Assembly (NCBI GenBank): GCA_963701295.1
Contig: OY969585.1
Span: 2,080,001 to 2,144,000, forward strand
Length of the DNA stretch: 64,000 nt
Direction of reading: 5' to 3'
Source: Ignavibacteriota bacterium
GTDB taxonomy: Bacteria > Bacteroidota > Ignavibacteria > UBA10030
The notes beneath the pieces are model-generated. The model was not told where the DNA came from. It searched no databases and worked only from the letters and a program-made list of their open reading frames with translations. Positions 59,224 through 64,000 of the stretch are shown here, one piece after another; the first letter of the stretch is position 1, and the number at the start of each line of letters is the position of its first letter. Made by a program: the position numbers and the translations under genes.

Positions 59224-60729
59224 ATGTTAGAAAAAATTCTTCGTCTCGGAAAAGAAACAGCCATCTATGGTCTCAGCACCATTGTCGGCAGAATGTTAAA
59301 CTTCCTTATTGTTCCGTTCTATGCGAATTTTCTCTTGCCAGCGGAAAATGGCGTTATTTCTAATATTTATGCTTACATCGCGTTTGCATTCATCCTCTTT
59401 TCTTACGGGATGGAACCGGCGTATATGCGGTTTGTTTCATCCCTCGAACTTGGTAACAAGAAACAGAATTTTAGTGTTCCGTTTCTATCACTTCTATTGA
59501 CGTCAGTATTCTTTGCGCTGGCAATTCATTTTAATTCTTCATCGCTTGCTTCCTTACTTGGTATGGAGCCATCGCACTATCAATTTATCCAATATGCGGG
59601 GTGGATTCTTTGCTTTGATGCGTTGACCGTCATACCGTTTGCTTCGCTGCGTATGGAACAAAAAGCAAAACGATTTGCATCATTAAAGCTCTTCAATATT
59701 ACATGTAATCTTCTTCTCAACCTCCTCCTAATTCTCGGTTTGGGAATGCATGCAGAAGGAGTCTTGCTTGCAAACCTGCTAGCATCTGGTCTCACATTCC
59801 TTGCGATGGTAGGGATGATACTTCGGCAGTTGACCTTCAATTTCCCTGCTTCATTATATAAAGAACTCCTTAAGTTTGGCATTCCGTATATTCCCGCCGG
59901 ACTTGCCGGGATTGCAATGCAAGTGATCGATAGGCCGATTGTCAAAGCGCTGACGAATGATGCAACACTGGGTATTTATCAACTTAATTATCGTCTTGGT
60001 ATTTTTATGATGCTTATTGTTGGCATGTTTGACTACGCATGGCGACCGTTTTTCCTCAATCACGCGAAAGATCCTGATGCGAAACCACTCTTTGCAAAAG
60101 TATTTACCTACTTTATCCTAGGGGCAATGACCATTTTCCTTACAGTGTCATTCTTTATCGAAGATATCATTCGGATGAAATTCTTCGGGAAACAATTCTT
60201 TCCACCCGTGTACTGGCAGGGTGTGCAAATTGTCCCTTGGGTGTTACTGGCGTATGTATTTACTGGAGCGTATGTGGTATTTGTTGTCGGTATCTATTTA
60301 GAAAAAAAGACGAAATACCTGCCGTTGGTCACCGGTGCAGGAGCTTTGTTGAATGTTGGCGCAAACTTTGTTTTAATTCCTATCATTGGAATTCTTGGCG
60401 CGGCACTTTCCACATTGCTGAGTTATATCGTTATGGCAGTAGGAATATACTTCGCTTCTCAGCGGTTTTATCGTATTGAGTATGAATGGGGGAAAGTGAT
60501 AAAGATTACCGGGTCAGCGATGGTGTTATTCGGCGTCTTCTTGTTATCTCATCTGGAGCCGCTTTCTTTCATCGGCGGCATTGTGAAAATTGTTCTTATT
60601 GGTGTATTTGGAGTTACACTGCTCATAACGAAGGTAATTGATTCAAAGGAAATTACAGAATTAAAAAGGATTATTCACAGGATATTTATGCCATCCTCCA
60701 GTTCAGAAAATTCAGAAGGATTGTCATAA
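59224..60729 (+). CDS. Oligosaccharide flippase-family protein
   Basis: T.IYGLS....R..NF, IDR, GIY..NYRLG, AW.PFF; multi-TM. Confidence 0.9.
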   Translation: MLEKILRLGKETAIYGLSTIVGRMLNFLIVPFYANFLLPAENGVISNIYAYIAFAFILFSYGMEPAYMRFVSSLELGNKKQNFSVPFLSLLLTSVFFALAIHFNSSSLASLLGMEPSHYQFIQYAGWILCFDALTVIPFASLRMEQKAKRFASLKLFNITCNLLLNLLLILGLGMHAEGVLLANLLASGLTFLAMVGMILRQLTFNFPASLYKELLKFGIPYIPAGLAGIAMQVIDRPIVKALTNDATLGIYQLNYRLGIFMMLIVGMFDYAWRPFFLNHAKDPDAKPLFAKVFTYFILGAMTIFLTVSFFIEDIIRMKFFGKQFFPPVYWQGVQIVPWVLLAYVFTGAYVVFVVGIYLEKKTKYLPLVTGAGALLNVGANFVLIPIIGILGAALSTLLSYIVMAVGIYFASQRFYRIEYEWGKVIKITGSAMVLFGVFLLSHLEPLSFIGGIVKIVLIGVFGVTLLITKVIDSKEITELKRIIHRIFMPSSSSENSEGLS

Positions 60730-60826
60730 TTCAATTCTTGATATGGTAAAATCTCTATTGTGGGGTTTGAACATTCAACGAAGGATTGTCTATCCATTCA
60801 TGGAATCATAAGGAATTAAAAAGTTG

Positions 60827-61927
60827 CTATTTACTCAAGAGAGGCAAAGTGATTGCCACCGTAGTTCCTTGACCTAATCCGCTTGTTATATCTATTTTTC
60901 CGTCGTGAATTTTTAATAAACGTTTTGCGATCATCAATCCCAATCCTAATCCTTGTTGTTCGTGTCGGTCACGGTCAAATTGCATAAAGGCATGAATTTT
61001 TTGTATTTGATCTTCGGACATTCCGCGGCCTTGGTCTTTTACGAGGATGAGACCTAATGTATTTTTGACTGCTGTAGAGATGCTCACGCTTGTTCCATCT
61101 GTGGAAAACTTAAATGCGTTTTCAATTATCTGACTCACTACTTGTTCAAAATATCTTTCAGAAATTGCAACAGACAAAGGAACAAGATTGAGCGTAAGAT
61201 CGGCAGAACGCTTATGAGAGAGTGCCAATTCCTCGGCAACACGTCGGATAACGAGATCGACATTCTTAATGCCAGTTTGACGCGAAGCAGACAATTTTGC
61301 ATTGTCATTTGGGAGAAGCAAGCATTGCGTGTGAATCCAAAATTTTTCTAAAGTTCGGTTCATCCTTACAGCCGAAGTGAATAATAACTCCGCAAGATCT
61401 TTTATATCGCTCGGGGTCATATCGACGGCTTGGACTTTCAGAAGTTCAGCTAATCCCATGATACCTGTCATTGGTGTTCGTAATTCATGTGGTAGCGCGC
61501 GGGTAATACTCTCACTGAGATCAGCGACAGCTTTTTGTGTCTCCTCTTTGTTTCGCGCAACTTCTTGTAAGCGTACCTGTACGGCTTTGATGAGATCCTC
61601 CATGTCAATGGGTTTCATAATGAAATCATTGGCGCCGAGATTCATTCCTTTGCGCAGATATACGCGGGGGTTTTCACCTGTCATGAAGATAAAAGGAATA
61701 TATGAAGTGGATTTGTGCTTTCGTAGTTCTTCCAATGTTTCAAATCCATTCATCCCTGGCATATTGATATCACAGAGAATGAGATCAGGAGCAGTCTCCA
61801 TTGCACGATCTAATCCTTGTTTTCCATCTGCTGCCTCTTCTATTTCATAGCCTGCGCCTTCAAGTGCCATCCCAACGATTAAGCGCATTTGGGGATCGTC
61901 TTCAATACACAATATTCGTTTTGCCAT
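60827..61927 (-). CDS. Cytoplasmic hybrid kinase: REC-HisKA-HATPase
   Basis: IEDD, DLILCDINMP, FIMKP; HELRTP, ENAFKF, DQGRGM, GLGLGL. Confidence 0.93.
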   Translation of the reverse strand: MAKRILCIEDDPQMRLIVGMALEGAGYEIEEAADGKQGLDRAMETAPDLILCDINMPGMNGFETLEELRKHKSTSYIPFIFMTGENPRVYLRKGMNLGANDFIMKPIDMEDLIKAVQVRLQEVARNKEETQKAVADLSESITRALPHELRTPMTGIMGLAELLKVQAVDMTPSDIKDLAELLFTSAVRMNRTLEKFWIHTQCLLLPNDNAKLSASRQTGIKNVDLVIRRVAEELALSHKRSADLTLNLVPLSVAISERYFEQVVSQIIENAFKFSTDGTSVSISTAVKNTLGLILVKDQGRGMSEDQIQKIHAFMQFDRDRHEQQGLGLGLMIAKRLLKIHDGKIDITSGLGQGTTVAITLPLLSK

Positions 61928-61977
61928 TCGGATTTTTTCTTTATGATTTTAATCTTTTTCTGAGAATGTTAATAGCG

Positions 61978-62029
61978 GTATATTCTATATACAATCGGTT
62001 TTTCACCTTTTCTCATAGATAGAATATAC
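61978..62029. repeat. 11-bp perfect inverted repeat upstream of the hybrid kinase
   Basis: GTATATTCTAT-N30-ATAGAATATAC. Confidence 0.5.
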
Positions 62030-62239
62030 ACAGCAAATGTGCCAATAAAAAAGGGGTTATGAAGACTACTAATAGGAGAAGATTTAAGAATGGGTGTTGA
62101 GGATAAACCGCCGATATCAGAAGGCAAAAGTTTGAGGAAAAAGGCTGTTTGGAAAGGGAAAACTGCAGAGGATGAGAACTTTTTTGATTGAATTTAAAAA
62201 GTGCCGTATGTTTTCCCGTTGTATAGGGTTTTGTGTTTC

Positions 62240-62268
62240 TTGACTTTGCTGCCAAGTTTATGTATCTT
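62240..62268 (+). promoter_or_regulatory. Putative sigma70 promoter of efp-accB-accC
   Basis: TTGACT-N17-TATCTT. Confidence 0.55.
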
Positions 62269-62332
62269 TTGCACGCAAAATTGAAGAAAACACACTGTTT
62301 TTTATCAAGAATGGAAGATTTTGAGGCTATAA

Positions 62333-62896
62333 ATGGCATCAACTGCTGATTTTCGTGTTGGTATGGTTATTCGGTTCAATGGAGAATTACATCGGATTGA
62401 AGAATATATACATCGCACGCCGGGAAATCTACGTGCGTTTGTACAGGCAAAACTTCGCGGTCTCAAGAGCGGGCGTGTAACAGAAACGCGTTTTCGGTCT
62501 GGTGAAGAGGTGGAAGAAGTGCGTGTAGAGCAAAAAGAATTCCAATATCTCTTCCATGACGGTTCGAGCTATCAGTTTATGGATAAACAGAGCTATGAAC
62601 AGATGCCGGTAGATGAAACAGCTTTGGGTAAAGGTGCGCAATTCCTGAAGGAAGGTGAAACCGTTCAACTTCAAATGGTGGGGATGGATATTGTTGGAGC
62701 AGAAATTCCACAAAATGTGGAGTTGAAAATTATTGAAACTGTCCCCGGTGTCAAAGGTGATACTGCCACTGGAGCACAGAAACCCGCCACTGTTGAAACC
62801 GGCGCTGCGGTCAATGTGCCCCTCTTCATAAACGAAGGTGATATTATTCGTGTCGACACGAGAACAGGTAAGTATTTGGAGCGTGTAAACAGGTGA
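62333..62896 (+). CDS. efp: Elongation factor P
   Basis: D.R.G, TPGNLRAFV, QYL, FMD, PGVKGDTA, KPA..ETG, VPLFI..G. Confidence 0.97.
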   Translation: MASTADFRVGMVIRFNGELHRIEEYIHRTPGNLRAFVQAKLRGLKSGRVTETRFRSGEEVEEVRVEQKEFQYLFHDGSSYQFMDKQSYEQMPVDETALGKGAQFLKEGETVQLQMVGMDIVGAEIPQNVELKIIETVPGVKGDTATGAQKPATVETGAAVNVPLFINEGDIIRVDTRTGKYLERVNR

Positions 62897-62956
62897 TGCT
62901 GTTCGTCCATCCTAAAAAGGTGATTTTTTTTTACGTTTTTTCACACTGGAGACTTC

Positions 62957-63424
62957 ATGAACCTTTCTTACATAAAGAAGATCATTAAGTTGGTCGAGCA
63001 TAGCTCTATCGATGAGTTAGAACTCGAAGAGGAGGGGACGAAAATAAAAGTTGCGCGCAATCGCAACTCCGGGGTTTATGTGCAGACTGCGCAAGCTGCC
63101 CCCTTATCAGCATTGCCTTCTCATAACTCCCAGCATATGGAATCGACTAAACCCGTGGCAACAAATACTCTTCCAAATTTACAATATCATGAAGTTCGTT
63201 CTCCAATTGTCGGGACATTCTATCGTGCTCCAGCTCCCGATGTCGAACCGTATATTGAAATTGGGCAGTCTGTAAAGATTGGCACAGTTCTGTGCATTGT
63301 CGAAGCTATGAAATTGATGAATGAAATCGAATCAGATTGTGATGGAACAGTAGTAAAAATCATAGCAGAGAACGGAAAACCTGTCGAATATAACCAAATC
63401 CTGTTTCTGATCGAGAAGGCGTAG
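62957..63424 (+). CDS. accB: Biotin carboxyl carrier protein
   Basis: [21 protein letters not shown]. Confidence 0.97.
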   Translation: MNLSYIKKIIKLVEHSSIDELELEEEGTKIKVARNRNSGVYVQTAQAAPLSALPSHNSQHMESTKPVATNTLPNLQYHEVRSPIVGTFYRAPAPDVEPYIEIGQSVKIGTVLCIVEAMKLMNEIESDCDGTVVKIIAENGKPVEYNQILFLIEKA

Positions 63425-63456
63425 TGACTCAGCCTCGTTCTGGAAGCCGATTCTCC

Positions 63457-64000
63457 TTGTTCAAGAAAATCCTTATAGCAAATCGTGGTGAAATCGCGTT
63501 GCGGGTGATTCGAGCTGCTCGCGAATTAGGGATCAAAACGGTCGCTGTTTATTCCGAAGCTGATAGAGACTCTCTCCACGTCAAGTTCGCAGATGAAGCT
63601 GTGTGTATCGGTCCGCCACCGAGCAAAGAAAGTTATCTTAATATCCCGCGTCTGATCGCTGCCGCTGAAGTTACAGATGCTGATGCTATCCACCCCGGTT
63701 ACGGGTTCCTTGCGGAGAATGCAAACTTTGCGGATATCTGTGCCTCGTCTGGCATTGTGTTCATCGGTCCGCGTCCGGATGCAATAACTTCTATGGGAGA
63801 TAAGGCGCTTGCTAAAGAGACAATGAAAAAAGCAGGGGTTCCCGTCGTGCCGGGAAGCGAAGGTGTCATCTCTGATCTCAACAATGCAAAAAAGATAGCA
63901 CAAGAAATTGGTTTTCCTGTGATTATTAAAGCAACGGCAGGCGGGGGCGGAAGAGGAATGCGCATCGTGCGCGCGGCGGGTGAATTGGAGAACGCTTACT
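63457..64000 (+). CDS. accC: Biotin carboxylase (partial, runs off the window)
   Basis: [45 protein letters not shown]; an in-frame GTG at 63424 is an alternative start. Confidence 0.96.
   Translation, partial: MFKKILIANRGEIALRVIRAARELGIKTVAVYSEADRDSLHVKFADEAVCIGPPPSKESYLNIPRLIAAAEVTDADAIHPGYGFLAENANFADICASSGIVFIGPRPDAITSMGDKALAKETMKKAGVPVVPGSEGVISDLNNAKKIAQEIGFPVIIKATAGGGGRGMRIVRAAGELENAY

Noticed and set aside
62261-62273. Bacteroidia-type TAnnTTTG promoter element before efp
   Set aside because: Off by one base, and a sigma70-like TTGACT-N17-TATCTT fits better

Overview
A 64-kb, mostly + strand stretch of a Gram-negative bacterial chromosome, most likely from the Ignavibacteria/Chlorobi side of the FCB group. 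That placement is an inference from BshB1, a CxxxY-type CcmE, a T9SS-like C-terminal domain, short EF-Ts, sigma70-like promoters and Shine-Dalgarno-led genes. Most content is housekeeping and envelope genes: lemA end/TPM/TPM, htpX, capA, bamD, ccmABCDE, bshB1, xseAB-dxs, ribD-ribE, secG-tRNA-Lys(CTT), rplM-rpsI-rpsB-tsf-pyrH-frr, pspC, polA, rsfS, argS, accA and efp-accB-accC. A large surface-polysaccharide locus (about 35.4-60.7 kb) has a visibly AT-rich core with duplicated wzz-like genes and a frameshifted O-antigen ligase/polymerase. The most unusual items are (1) a frameshifted RAYT with five cognate GTA(A/G) hairpin REPs, two of them read in frame inside its own coding sequence; (2) a nonsense-interrupted DUF559 endonuclease bracketed by inward-facing palindrome-plus-G-tail repeats, a candidate non-RAYT repeat-mobilising element; (3) a receiver plus DHp-like protein that appears to have lost both phospho-sites, inserted in the lemA-TPM operon; (4) a GT2 fused to a degenerate phosphoglycosyl transferase; and (5) an EF-P with Asn at the normally modified loop tip. 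All calls come from reading motifs by eye; no searches were run.
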